DNA of 64,000 nt from a virus. The stretch covers positions 5,930 to 69,929 of IMG/VR virus record IMGVR_UViG_3300044713_000107; one strand, written 5' to 3'. Both the position numbers and the translations under genes were made by a program. Shown here piece by piece: positions 26,532-36,006 of the stretch. The notes beneath the pieces are model-generated. The model was not told the origin of the DNA and did not search any database. It saw only the letters and a program-made list of their open reading frames with translations. Each line of letters opens with the position of its first letter. The stretch's first letter is position 1.

Positions 26532-27890
26532 GTGCAGACCGCACCCGACCCGTTCGACGACCTCGTAGACGAGCCCGAGCCCGATCCGATCCTCGACGCC
26601 GAGCAGGCTGTCCTCGGGTCGATGATGCTCGACCGCGACACCATCCCCGACGTCAACGCGATCCTCGCTCCGCGCGACCACTCCCGTCCGGCGCACACCA
26701 CGATCCACGAGGCCGTCAATGCCCTGTTCCAGCGCGGCGAGCCGTGTGACCCGATCACCGTCACCCGGGAACTCATGGCCCGTGGCGATCTCGCCCGCGT
26801 CGGCGGAGCGTCCTACGTTCACGGCTGCGTCGAGGCCGTTCCGACGGTCGCGAACGCCGAGTACTACGCCGAGATGATCCACGAGCGCGGCGTGTTCCGG
26901 CGCCTGGAGGCCGCGGGGATCGGCATCGTGCAGCTCGGGCAGCAGCGCCTCGGGAACGCCGTCGAGGCGGTCGACAAGGCGCAGGCCGAGCTGTTCACCA
27001 TCGCCGAGGAGCGGGCGAGCGAAGACGTCGTCCCGGTCGGGCAGACGCTCACAATCACGCTGGACGCGATGGAGGAGCGGCAGAACAGCGACCAGGCGAA
27101 GATGCCCGGCGTGCCGACGGGCTTCACCGATCTGGACACGCTGACTGGTGGCCTCCGCGGCGGCCAGATGATCGTAGTTGCCGCACGGCCAGCCATGGGC
27201 AAGTCCACCGTGGCGCTCGACTTCGCCCGCTCCGCTGCGATCAAGCACGGCATGACGACGGCGTTCTTCTCGCTGGAGATGGGACGTCAGGAGATCGAGG
27301 AGCGTCTCATCTCGGCGCAGTCCCGGGTTGCCCTGCACCACATCCGCCAGGGGACACTCACCGACGACGACTGGACCAGGATCGGCCGCCACACTGGCGA
27401 GATCCTGGAAGCGCCGCTGCTGCTTGACACCTCGACGAACCTGACCGCTATGGACATCCGGGCGAAGTCCCGCCGGTTGGCGCAGAAGCACGACCTGAAG
27501 CTCGTGATCGTGGACTACCTGCAGCTGATGCAGTCCGGGGGAGCGAAGTCCGAGACGCGGCAGCTCGAAGTCACTGAGATCAGCCGGAACTTGAAGCTGT
27601 TGGCCAAGGAGCTCGACGTTCCCGTGGTCGCCCTGTCGCAGCTGAATCGTGGTCCGGAGCAGCGCGCCGACAAGCGGCCGATGGTCTCCGACCTCCGTGA
27701 GTCGGGCTCCATCGAGCAGGACGCGGACATGGTCATCCTGTTGCACCGCGAGGACGCCTACGAGAAGGAATCCCCCCGCGCCGGCGAGGCCGACCTCATC
27801 GTGGCCAAGCACCGCGGCGGCCCCACGGCGACGATCACAGTCGCCGCCGCGCTCCACTATTCGCAGTTCGTCGACATGGCGCAGAGCTGA
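26532..27890 (+). CDS. dnaB: Replicative DNA helicase
   Basis: AARPAMGKST, FFSLEM, IVDYLQL, LSQLNRG, DLRESGSIEQDAD, IVAKHRGG. Confidence 0.97.
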   Translation: MQTAPDPFDDLVDEPEPDPILDAEQAVLGSMMLDRDTIPDVNAILAPRDHSRPAHTTIHEAVNALFQRGEPCDPITVTRELMARGDLARVGGASYVHGCVEAVPTVANAEYYAEMIHERGVFRRLEAAGIGIVQLGQQRLGNAVEAVDKAQAELFTIAEERASEDVVPVGQTLTITLDAMEERQNSDQAKMPGVPTGFTDLDTLTGGLRGGQMIVVAARPAMGKSTVALDFARSAAIKHGMTTAFFSLEMGRQEIEERLISAQSRVALHHIRQGTLTDDDWTRIGRHTGEILEAPLLLDTSTNLTAMDIRAKSRRLAQKHDLKLVIVDYLQLMQSGGAKSETRQLEVTEISRNLKLLAKELDVPVVALSQLNRGPEQRADKRPMVSDLRESGSIEQDADMVILLHREDAYEKESPRAGEADLIVAKHRGGPTATITVAAALHYSQFVDMAQS

Positions 27891-27977
27891 CCCACGCTCA
27901 CCCGCGCGTCCCGGGTCTCACTGCACGCACACTGATAGCCAACACCTATCAACCAACCCTCAACGATAGGACCACCG

Positions 27978-29111
27978 ATGAGCGATCTGACGCTGACCGA
28001 CCTGTTCCCGCCCGAGGCGCTTGCCGCCGCGATCGACGCTGGGCACGTGACCCGCAAGCAGCACCCGACACTGCCCCTGTCGATCTACACCTACACGCGG
28101 GAGTGCCAGTACGGGCACATCTGGACCCCCGTCACGATGCAGTGCCGGGGCCTGATCGCTGACGACGCGTCGGGGCGCATCGTGGCCCTGCCGTTCCCGA
28201 AGATCTTCGTGACGGGCATGCACGGCGTCCACGACTTCGCCCCCGCGCTGCCCGCCGAGCCGTTCGAGATCTTCGAGAAGGCCGACGGCAGCCTCATCAT
28301 CCTGTTCCACCACGGCGGGCGCTGGCACGCCGCCTCAAAGGGCTCGTTCATCAGCGAGCAGGCCACCTGGGCGCAGCAGTTGCTCGACGCCTCCGACCTG
28401 ACCCGCCTTGACCCGCAGTTCACCTACCTCGCCGAGGCCATCTACCCCGGCAACCGAATCGTCGTTGACTACGGCCAGCGCGAGGCCCTGATGCTCCTCG
28501 CCGCGTACCGGCCAGCGGACGGCACCGAGGAGCTCCTGTCGACGGTCGCGGCGCACTGGGAGCCGATAGGCCCGGTCGTGCGCTCCTGGGGTCTGTCGTC
28601 GGACATCGCGGTGCTGGAGAAGCTCGCTGCGGAGTCGACCACCGTCGACGGCCAGGAGGTCGGCGGCGTGGACGAGGAGGGCTACGTCATCCGCTTCCAG
28701 TCCGGGCTGCGCGCCAAGGTGAAGCTTGCCGCCTACCTCAAGCTGCACAAGCTGTTCACTGGCACGAACGAGCGCACCATCTGGGAAGTCCTCGCGTCCG
28801 GCCAGGACCCGGCCGTCCTCTTCGACCAGGTCCCCGACGAGTTCGCCGACTGGGCCCGCCAGATCGCGGACGGGCTGCACGAGCAGCACCGGCAGCTCCT
28901 CGCCGAGGCCACCGCGGACTATGCGGAGGTACTCGCCCAGCTCCCTGCCGGTTGCGACCGCAAGTCGTTCGCGCTCCTGGCCAAGGAGACCCGGCACCGC
29001 TCCGCGCTCTTCCTGCTCGTGGACGGCCGCGTCGACGCGGCGAGCGCCTGGGCGTGGAAGCAGCTCAAGCCCCGCGGCGACAAGCCGTTCAAGACCGACG
29101 AGGAAGGCTGA
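27978..29111 (+). CDS. T4 Rnl1-like RNA ligase
   Basis: QCRGLI, LPFPKIF, motif I EKADGS, SKGSF, AEAIYP, EEGYVIR, KVK. Confidence 0.9.
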   Translation: MSDLTLTDLFPPEALAAAIDAGHVTRKQHPTLPLSIYTYTRECQYGHIWTPVTMQCRGLIADDASGRIVALPFPKIFVTGMHGVHDFAPALPAEPFEIFEKADGSLIILFHHGGRWHAASKGSFISEQATWAQQLLDASDLTRLDPQFTYLAEAIYPGNRIVVDYGQREALMLLAAYRPADGTEELLSTVAAHWEPIGPVVRSWGLSSDIAVLEKLAAESTTVDGQEVGGVDEEGYVIRFQSGLRAKVKLAAYLKLHKLFTGTNERTIWEVLASGQDPAVLFDQVPDEFADWARQIADGLHEQHRQLLAEATADYAEVLAQLPAGCDRKSFALLAKETRHRSALFLLVDGRVDAASAWAWKQLKPRGDKPFKTDEEG

Positions 29112-29113
29112 CC

Positions 29114-30031
29114 ATGCCCACCATCCACTTCACTACCGGCCTGCCGGCCAGCGGCAAGACCACGTACGCCATGGAGCTGTTGCGCCAGTCGAACGGCTCG
29201 ATGCGCAGGGTCAACCTCGACGACATCCGCGCGATGCTCGACCAGGCCGGCGACACCAAGGTCTGGACGCACCGGCACGAGGCGACCGCGCAGGCCGTCC
29301 AGGAGGCCGCTGTGCGTGCGGCGGTGAAGGACGGCTTCGACGTGGTCGTCGACAACACCCATCTGACGCCGCGGATGCCGGGCCGGCTCAAGCAGGTGCT
29401 CGGCGAGTTCGACGAGCTGACGTTCGTGGTCCACGACTTCACGGACGTCCCGCTTGCCGAGTGCCTGATCCGTGACGCGAAGCGGGAGAAGCCGGTGGGG
29501 GAGGAGGCGATCCGACGGCTCCACTCCCGGCACGTCTCGGCGACGAAGGGCGGATGGCGGCTCACCCCAGAGTGGCTCGCCGACCGAGTCCCCGTGCACC
29601 CGTACGAGCCAGATGCGTCGCTGCCTGCGGCGGTCATGTGCGACATCGACGGCACCCTCGCACTCCACACCGACCGCGGCCCTTACGACTTCGACCGCTG
29701 CATGAGCGACGGGCTGAACCTGCCGGTGTTCGAGGCCCTGACGATGTACCGGAACTCTGGGCACGCGATCGTGCTGCTGTCCGGGCGGCAGGAGGAGTAT
29801 CGGCGGCACACGGAGCAGTGGCTTGCCGAGTTCAAGGTGCCGTACGACGAGCTGTGGATGCGCGGAGTCGGCGATCGGCGCCGGGACGACATCGTCAAGG
29901 CCGAGCTGTTCGACGCGCACGTCCGGGACCGGTTCAACGTCCGGGTGAGCCTCGACGACCGTGACCGTGTCGTGCGCCTGTGGCGCCGGCTGGGCTTGCC
30001 GACGTGGCAGGTCAACTACGGCGACTTCTGA
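29114..30031 (+). CDS. Polynucleotide kinase/3'-phosphatase (T4 PseT-like Pnkp)
   Basis: P-loop GLPASGKTT, VVDNT; HAD CDIDGTLA, LSGR, LDDR. Confidence 0.93.
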   Translation: MPTIHFTTGLPASGKTTYAMELLRQSNGSMRRVNLDDIRAMLDQAGDTKVWTHRHEATAQAVQEAAVRAAVKDGFDVVVDNTHLTPRMPGRLKQVLGEFDELTFVVHDFTDVPLAECLIRDAKREKPVGEEAIRRLHSRHVSATKGGWRLTPEWLADRVPVHPYEPDASLPAAVMCDIDGTLALHTDRGPYDFDRCMSDGLNLPVFEALTMYRNSGHAIVLLSGRQEEYRRHTEQWLAEFKVPYDELWMRGVGDRRRDDIVKAELFDAHVRDRFNVRVSLDDRDRVVRLWRRLGLPTWQVNYGDF

Positions 30032-30050
30032 GACGGACACCGACCCCGGT

Positions 30051-30257
30051 CTAGCTGTCGGGGTCGGTGGTCTTGCCGCGGCGCTTCTTCGTGACGAGGT
30101 CGTGGAGTGCTTCGACGACGAGGTCTGAGTGCTTGCGGCCTTCGTCTTCCGCGATCTGCTCGACCTCGGTCCAGAGTGCGGCCGGCGGTCGGAAGGACTT
30201 GACCGGCGTTTGGCCGGTCTTGGGCCTGCCGGGGCTCTTGGGCGGGGTTCCTGTCAT
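30051..30257 (-). CDS. Ribbon-helix-helix regulator
   Basis: GRPKTGQTPVKSFRPPAALW...SDLVVEAL. Confidence 0.75.
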   Translation of the reverse strand: MTGTPPKSPGRPKTGQTPVKSFRPPAALWTEVEQIAEDEGRKHSDLVVEALHDLVTKKRRGKTTDPDS

Positions 30258-30288
30258 ACAGAAAAGGATAGCTGTCTGGGCCTATGGG

Positions 30289-30317
30289 TTGACAAGGGTC
30301 TGCGACGGGTCCATTCT
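30289..30317 (+). promoter_or_regulatory. Housekeeping-sigma promoter
   Basis: TTGACA (30289-30294), 17-nt spacer, CATTCT (30312-30317). Confidence 0.75.
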
Positions 30318-30358
30318 TGTATTACGGAAAAGGGAATGGACCAGCCAAGGAGCCCGCC

Positions 30359-30535
30359 ATGGCCACCGAGCAGCAGATCGCCGAGGCCCGCCAGGCCCTC
30401 GCCAACGCTGACCGCACCGAGCTCATCTACGGCGTCGACAGCGAACCCGCCCAAGACGTGCGACGCGCCGCCGACAAGCTCGCACTCCACGCCCTCATCG
30501 CCGGCGCCACACCGGAGCAGCTCGGCCAGCACTGA
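30359..30535 (+). CDS. Small hypothetical protein
   Basis: RBS AAGGAG; first gene after promoter. Confidence 0.65.
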   Translation: MATEQQIAEARQALANADRTELIYGVDSEPAQDVRRAADKLALHALIAGATPEQLGQH

Positions 30536-30584
30536 ACGCACCTGCTCATCGTCCGCAACGAGATCGAAGCCTGAGGAGGCCGCC

Positions 30585-30881
30585 GTGAGTAACGTGGTCC
30601 GGCTCGGCCGAAGCCCGTCCGAGCCTCGTCGTGGCCGTCAGTGCGTGTGTGGCGCGTTCTGGCGGCCGGGATTCGCATCCGATCCGGCATGGCTGCTCAC
30701 CGCTGACCCGGAGTTGAGTTTCTTCGTGGGCGTGCTGTCGTGCCACTGCTGCGGGCGCAAGAAGTTGGACGTGATCCGGGAGCAGGCCGAAGCCGCCCGC
30801 GCCGCGAAGCCCTCGGTGATCGTCGTGGAGCGGGAGGAGCGCGAGCCGGCCCCGGTGATCGAGCTCCGATCCCGCGAATGA
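30585..30881 (+). CDS. Zinc-binding hypothetical protein
   Basis: RBS GAGGAGG; CVC...CHCC. Confidence 0.6.
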   Translation: MSNVVRLGRSPSEPRRGRQCVCGAFWRPGFASDPAWLLTADPELSFFVGVLSCHCCGRKKLDVIREQAEAARAAKPSVIVVEREEREPAPVIELRSRE

Positions 30882-31011
30882 GCAGCCCGCCACGCCTGTT
30901 GGCCTGCGGTGTTAAGGCCAGCGGATGTTGCCGTTCGGCTGATGTCGATCACCAGATCACGAGAAGATATACCTACTCAGAACCCCACAATTGCCGTGAA
31001 AGGTAACCCTC

Positions 31012-31476
31012 ATGGGAATGAGCGCTGATGGCCTCCTCGTCTACGGCTACGACCTTGGCGGCAGCGAGGAGTGGAAGATTCGCGAGACCGGCGAGTACGG
31101 CGAACCGAACCTGCCCTGGTATGGCGACGAGGACGACTTCGGGACCGTGGCCATGCGCCGGCTCCGCGCCGAGGTCGCTGGGTTCACGGAGACCTGGGAG
31201 ACCCGCACCGGCGACGGCTACCACACGCGGGAGCGAGAGGCCGACAAGAGCCTGGGCGTGGACCTGGAGTTCTACTGCTCGCACGACTACCCGATGCACA
31301 TCCTTGGCGCCGCGAAGATCTGCGTCGATCAGGGCTACACGCACCTGCTCGACTTCGACGACCTTCGGCAGCGCCAGGAAGGCTGCGACGAGAAGCTGCA
31401 GCGGGCGATCACTGCACTCGGCGTCACGCCGCTGCAGGACCGGCCGGGCTGGCTCCTCGCCTCGATCTACGGCTGA
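31012..31476 (+). CDS. Acidic hypothetical phage protein
   Basis: RBS GAAAGG; LVYGYDLGG motif. Confidence 0.7.
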   Translation: MGMSADGLLVYGYDLGGSEEWKIRETGEYGEPNLPWYGDEDDFGTVAMRRLRAEVAGFTETWETRTGDGYHTREREADKSLGVDLEFYCSHDYPMHILGAAKICVDQGYTHLLDFDDLRQRQEGCDEKLQRAITALGVTPLQDRPGWLLASIYG

Positions 31477-31522
31477 CCCGAGCACCCTCGCCTGACTCCC
31501 GACCCTCGAAACGGAGCACCCC

Positions 31523-31957
31523 GTGACCAACGTCCGCGCCCTCACAGTCAAGCAGCCCTGGGCGTCGCTGATCGCCATGGGCATCAAGGACATCGAGAAC
31601 CGCACCTGGGTCCCCGCCCAGTTCCACGGCCCCATCCTCATCCACGCCGGCGCCAGCCCGGACAAGCAGGCCATGCAGCGGGCCCAGGTCACCGGATCGC
31701 TCGGCGGCACCCGCCTGGACGAACTGCCCGCGTCCGCGATCATCGCGGTGGTCGGGACCGTTCGCGCGCACCGGGACAGCATCGGTGGCCACTGTGAGCC
31801 GTGGGGTCTCGACGACTGCTGGCACTGGGTCCTGTCCGACGTCCGCCAGCTCCCTCGGCCCATCCCCGCCACGGGCAGGCTCGGCCTGTGGAAGCCCGAC
31901 GCCGACCTGCTCGCCGCCGTCGAAGCCCAGTACACCGACATGGAGGTGGCGTGGTGA
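31523..31957 (+). CDS. ASCH-domain protein
   Basis: ALTVKQPWASLI..GIKDIENRTW...ILIHAG...GRLGLW. Confidence 0.9.
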   Translation: MTNVRALTVKQPWASLIAMGIKDIENRTWVPAQFHGPILIHAGASPDKQAMQRAQVTGSLGGTRLDELPASAIIAVVGTVRAHRDSIGGHCEPWGLDDCWHWVLSDVRQLPRPIPATGRLGLWKPDADLLAAVEAQYTDMEVAW

Positions 31958-32730
31958 TCCGCATCGACCCAGCGAACACCCGCTGGTACCCACGCCAGCA
32001 CACCCGCAAAGGCCACATCGACGAACCGACCTGGGCCGCCTCCACCTGGCAGTCCTCGCACCCGGCCCGGCGCGTCGAAGACCGCGAGCACGAACGGCAA
32101 CGCCGCGAAGCGAACCCCGTTCTCACCCCCGGCATGCTCGTCATCTTCCACCGGAAACCGTGCCGCATCGTCGAGATCCGCGAGCACGCCGCAGACCTGT
32201 GGCCCGAGCAGTACGAGCGTGGCCTCGCCGAAGCCCAGCGCGCCTGGGACCGCGACCCCCGGTTCGGCGACCGCCCAGAGCGGGCCACCTGGCGGAAGCG
32301 ACCCATCGACATCGCCCTCGTCGCCGACGAGCCCGGCGCCAGCGAGCAGCACTGGTGCGTGCCCGCGAACCGTGACTGGGACGTGCTGCCCGAGCACTAC
32401 ATGATCTGCCGCCAGTGCGGGCAGCTCCCGCCGTGCGACGACGAGTTGGCCGAGCATGTCATCCAGCACGCCGTCGGCCAGGCCGAGCACCTGATGTCGA
32501 TCCAGCGCGGCTGCTGCCTTGGTTGCGGGGAGCCGATCACGCACCGCATGAAGGCGACCCGCTTCCCCGGCCCGAACCTGTGGCGCCCTGACTTGGGCGA
32601 CGGCTCGGCGGTGTTCCATGCCCGGCAGGGCTGCGACAGCTTCACGTACCGGTATCGGGAGCAGTGGGAGGCCGCACGGAAGGCCGAGCAGCCGGCCGGG
32701 CAGTTGACGCTGGACGAGGGGAGCGCCTGA
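31954..32730 (+). CDS. Cys-rich hypothetical phage protein
   Basis: Overlapping start/stop; CRQC, CCLGC. Confidence 0.65.
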   Translation: MIRIDPANTRWYPRQHTRKGHIDEPTWAASTWQSSHPARRVEDREHERQRREANPVLTPGMLVIFHRKPCRIVEIREHAADLWPEQYERGLAEAQRAWDRDPRFGDRPERATWRKRPIDIALVADEPGASEQHWCVPANRDWDVLPEHYMICRQCGQLPPCDDELAEHVIQHAVGQAEHLMSIQRGCCLGCGEPITHRMKATRFPGPNLWRPDLGDGSAVFHARQGCDSFTYRYREQWEAARKAEQPAGQLTLDEGSA

Positions 32731-32903
32731 TGGCCCGTCCGGAGCCTGCCCGCATGAACTGCCCGCGCTGCGGCGAGGAACTGCTGCTGCCGATCACCGT
32801 CTGGGGCGACACCGACAGTCCCAAGCCGCTGTTCCACGTCGCCATCAGCACCGAGCCCGTCGAACGGCACGTCGCCCGCTGCGGCGACGACCCGACTGCC
32901 TGA
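32730..32903 (+). CDS. Small zinc-ribbon protein
   Basis: TGATG overlap; CPRC. Confidence 0.55.
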   Translation: MARPEPARMNCPRCGEELLLPITVWGDTDSPKPLFHVAISTEPVERHVARCGDDPTA

Positions 32904-32951
32904 CCCGTCCGCCTGGTTGCGGCCAGGCAGCCACCACGAAGGAGACCCGCC

Positions 32952-33536
32952 GTGAAGAAGATCCCCACCGTGTTCCTGCGTGACCCTGATGACCGTGCCC
33001 ACGTCCTGCCTGAGGTCAACCCCGACTGTCAGTGGGTTCTCGACGGCGAAGGGCGCGCGACCCGCAAGTACGACGGCACCTGCACCTTGTTGGACGAGCT
33101 CGGCAAGTGGTGGGCCCGGCGCGAGGTCAAGCCTGGGAAGCCGCTGCCCGCCGACTACTGGCTCATCGAGGGCGACGAGGTCACCGGGAAGCTGTTCGGC
33201 TGGGAGCCGATCGGCCAGTCCGCGTTCGCCAGGTTCCACGCCGAAGCCCTCGACAACCACCGCGGCACCAACAACGGGATCTACACGCCGCGCCCCGGCA
33301 CCTACGAGCTGATCGGGCCGAAGGTCAACGGGAACCCGGAGCGGGAGCAGCGGCACTGGCTGATCGAGCACGCCAAGGCGGAGCGCATCCGCCAGCTCGA
33401 CGAGCTGACCTTCGACGGCATCCGCGAGGTGGTGCTCGCCCTGGCCGAGGCCGACGGCTGCGAGGGCATCGTCTGGCACCACCCCGACGGCCGCATGGCG
33501 AAGATCAAGGCACGCGACTTCAAGGCCGGTGCGTGA
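32952..33536 (+). CDS. Second ligase-fold nucleotidyltransferase, probably DUF5565/RLIG1-like RNA ligase
   Basis: MKKIPTVF, motif I RKYDGT, YELIGPKVNGNP, EGIVW, AKIK. Confidence 0.75.
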   Translation: MKKIPTVFLRDPDDRAHVLPEVNPDCQWVLDGEGRATRKYDGTCTLLDELGKWWARREVKPGKPLPADYWLIEGDEVTGKLFGWEPIGQSAFARFHAEALDNHRGTNNGIYTPRPGTYELIGPKVNGNPEREQRHWLIEHAKAERIRQLDELTFDGIREVVLALAEADGCEGIVWHHPDGRMAKIKARDFKAGA

Positions 33537-33820
33537 TGCCCAAGCTGATCCGCCAGCTCCTCGACGGTGTCACCCACTCCGGCCCGTCGTACAACCCGCC
33601 TGTGTTGCCGCGTCGTGGTGACGCCGTCGAGGCGTGGCTCAAGCAGCAGCGGGACGGCGCCGCCGACTACCCCGAGGCGTACCAGGCCACCGACGGCCTG
33701 CTGGACCTGTACCGCCTCCACGCCGACACGGGTACGCCGCTGCACGAGCACGTCTGCGAAGGCGGCAACCGCGACGACTGCGCCGGCTGCTACGACGCAC
33801 AGAACGGAGCGACCGCGTGA
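33536..33820 (+). CDS. Hypothetical protein
   Basis: TGATG overlap. Confidence 0.6.
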   Translation: MPKLIRQLLDGVTHSGPSYNPPVLPRRGDAVEAWLKQQRDGAADYPEAYQATDGLLDLYRLHADTGTPLHEHVCEGGNRDDCAGCYDAQNGATA

Positions 33821-34281
33821 CCGCCCAAACCATCGTCGATCTCCGCCGCGAGCTGGAGAAGGCCCGCATCACCCTCATCGCCGCCCAGTCCCATCTCGCC
33901 GCGCACGCGGAAGCGAACGCCGCCCTGCACTGCGCCGCGACGGTGATGTACTCGCCGCTGCACGCCCAAGTCACCGCCGCCATCGCACAGATCGAACACG
34001 CCCTCACGCGCACCGAGCAGGCGTACATCGACGCCAGCCGCACCCCGCAGCGCGACCGCGACATGGAGCAGCTCGGCGCGATCCTCCTCGACCTCGACCG
34101 GTGCACCCACGGCCGCCACTCTCTCGACCCGTGCGGTGACTGTGGCGGGAAATCGCGCGGTAACCCGTATCTCCGTCCTGGTGAGGGGATCGGCTACACG
34201 GTGCATGGGCAGTCGATCGTCATACCCGAGGCGGCTGACCGGCACAACCCGAAGGCATGGAAGGTAGGCCCCAATGACTGA
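33817..34281 (+). CDS. Hypothetical protein with DLDRCTHGRH..DPC..C motif
   Basis: GTGA overlap. Confidence 0.6.
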   Translation: MTAQTIVDLRRELEKARITLIAAQSHLAAHAEANAALHCAATVMYSPLHAQVTAAIAQIEHALTRTEQAYIDASRTPQRDRDMEQLGAILLDLDRCTHGRHSLDPCGDCGGKSRGNPYLRPGEGIGYTVHGQSIVIPEAADRHNPKAWKVGPND

Positions 34282-34477
34282 CCAGGAGTTCGGCCGCCCG
34301 TTCAACCTGACCACCGCTGAGGGCTCGCGCTTCCACGGCGTTGAGTTCCCGTCCGGGCACGTCGTCCTCGCGAACGAGGGCGGCCTCGTGACCGCCTACA
34401 TGTCCCTGGCTGTGATGCTCAACTTCCCGGACATGGCCGACGCCACCATCGAACGGCCTGCGGCGGGGGAGGGCTGA
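34274..34477 (+). CDS. Small hypothetical protein
   Basis: Operon packing; GVEFPSGHVV. Confidence 0.6.
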   Translation: MTDQEFGRPFNLTTAEGSRFHGVEFPSGHVVLANEGGLVTAYMSLAVMLNFPDMADATIERPAAGEG

Positions 34478-34818
34478 TGGGCATCGACGAACTCGCGGCC
34501 CTGGTGCGCGCGGGCCTGGATGCCGACGAGCAGCCCGCTAAGGGACTCCTCGGTGCCGCGCGGTTCCTGGACCGCACACCGGACTTCTACGGCGCTGGTG
34601 GGCCCGCTGCTGAGGCGTTGTGGCGACGCTTCAGCGAGGCCCGTGTGTTGGCGGAGGTGGCGTCGAAGCGGGAGTTGGTTGCCAGGCTGCTCCGCGAGAA
34701 GCACCACGCCGACTGCGTGTCCAGCATCGACGTCTGGTGTGACTGCGGCCGGGACGCCCGCGTGCTCGCCGTACTCCAACTCCTCGCCACCCCCTACCAG
34801 GAGGTCGAACGTGGCTGA
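34477..34818 (+). CDS. DUF6221-like protein
   Basis: ARVLAEVASKR...LQLLATPY pattern. Confidence 0.55.
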   Translation: MGIDELAALVRAGLDADEQPAKGLLGAARFLDRTPDFYGAGGPAAEALWRRFSEARVLAEVASKRELVARLLREKHHADCVSSIDVWCDCGRDARVLAVLQLLATPYQEVERG

Positions 34819-35086
34819 TCCTGGACAGCGTCTCTACGAAGCCCTCCGCATCGGACACGCCGGCTGGGCGGTCCTCGACAGCGACCTCCGCGAATACTGG
34901 GCCAGCATCGAGTCCACTGCGCGCCGACAGGCAGCCGAAGACCTTCGCGCCTGGGGCGAGGAAGGGCATCTGCGCCGGGCCGTGGACCAGTACGGTGCTC
35001 CCCTTCACCAGTCGCCGTTCTACATGTACGAGGACGCCGATCGGGCCGCCGACTGGATCGACCTCGACAAGCAGGAGACACCGTGA
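34811..35086 (+). CDS. Hypothetical protein
   Basis: RBS GGAGG; GTG 34811. Confidence 0.55.
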   Translation: MADPGQRLYEALRIGHAGWAVLDSDLREYWASIESTARRQAAEDLRAWGEEGHLRRAVDQYGAPLHQSPFYMYEDADRAADWIDLDKQETP

Positions 35087-35232
35087 TCCATCTGCACAAG
35101 TGGGGCCGCTGGCAGGACGCCCAAGCCACCTACAGTTCCCCGCTGTTCCCGAAGCTGGGCGAGTCCCAGGGTCTGATACAGATCCGGGCGTGTGAACGCT
35201 GCGGCAAGAAGAAGATCCGGGAGGTACGGTGA
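35083..35232 (+). CDS. Small zinc-finger peptide (49 aa)
   Basis: HKWGRW...RACERCG; overlaps at both ends. Confidence 0.55.
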   Translation: MIHLHKWGRWQDAQATYSSPLFPKLGESQGLIQIRACERCGKKKIREVR

Positions 35233-35843
35233 CAGACACTCTGCGGGACCAGATCCACGCGATCCTCGACGGCGGCATCTCCTGCGGTGCCTGCGGTACG
35301 CCCGACTGGTACACCGGCCAGATCATGGCCGTCGTCGAGCAGCAGGCAGCCGACGACCTGGCTCTGTGGCGGTCTGCGGCGTACCAGCACGCCCGCGAAC
35401 GCGACCAAGCCCGCGAGACGCTCGCCAAGGTGCGGGAGTACCTGGAGACCAGCGACGACGACGGCGTGCGCACCCGCCAGCACATCCTCGGCATGCTCGA
35501 CCGGGCCGGCGTGCCCAGCGGCTTCCGCTGGCACGTCCTGAGCCAGTGCCCGGACGAACAGGCGTGCACCATCCACGGCCGCAACGACGAGCCAGCAGCC
35601 TGCCCGCCAGCCTGCGCCGAAGCGCACACCTACGACGGCGACTGCCAGCAAAGCCCGTACCTCGACGGCGTGATCGGTAGCGGATGGGACAACGGCCGCG
35701 AATCGTGGGTGTGGCGCTGCGAAGACGCGCCCGGCTGCGACGGCCTCCTCAGCCTCGGCCATGGTTCAGCAGCGGAGGCAAGGCGCTCCTACGACCGGCA
35801 CTGCAACCGCGAGCACGGACCGGCTGTCAGTGCCACGTCGTAG
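35229..35843 (+). CDS. Cys-rich hypothetical protein
   Basis: GTGA overlap; CGAC, CPPAC. Confidence 0.6.
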   Translation: MTDTLRDQIHAILDGGISCGACGTPDWYTGQIMAVVEQQAADDLALWRSAAYQHARERDQARETLAKVREYLETSDDDGVRTRQHILGMLDRAGVPSGFRWHVLSQCPDEQACTIHGRNDEPAACPPACAEAHTYDGDCQQSPYLDGVIGSGWDNGRESWVWRCEDAPGCDGLLSLGHGSAAEARRSYDRHCNREHGPAVSATS

Positions 35844-35893
35844 CGTCGTTTCCAGCGCACCACGCCCGCCAGGGCCACGATCGAGCGCGACGG

Positions 35894-35929
35894 GCCGGGC
35901 CAGCTCCAACACACGGGAGACGGCCCGGC
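35894..35929 (+). terminator. Hairpin ending the small-gene operon
   Basis: gccgggcc..ctcc / ggag..ggcccggc followed by tt. Confidence 0.55.
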
Positions 35930-35957
35930 TTACTCACGTTCCGTGATCGGGATCGTG

Positions 35958-36006
35958 GGCCGTGCAGCTTTTGTTTCTCTCTGGAGGTAACAAACGCTGC
36001 ACAGCC
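35958..36006. other. Long AT-containing hairpin, possible structured RNA or operator
   Basis: gtgcagcttttgtt / aacaaacgctgcac with one mismatch; encloses GGAGG. Confidence 0.55.

Noticed and set aside
26451-30040. Long minus-strand ORFs opposite dnaB, ligase and Pnkp
   Set aside because: Shadow frames of strongly supported plus-strand genes.
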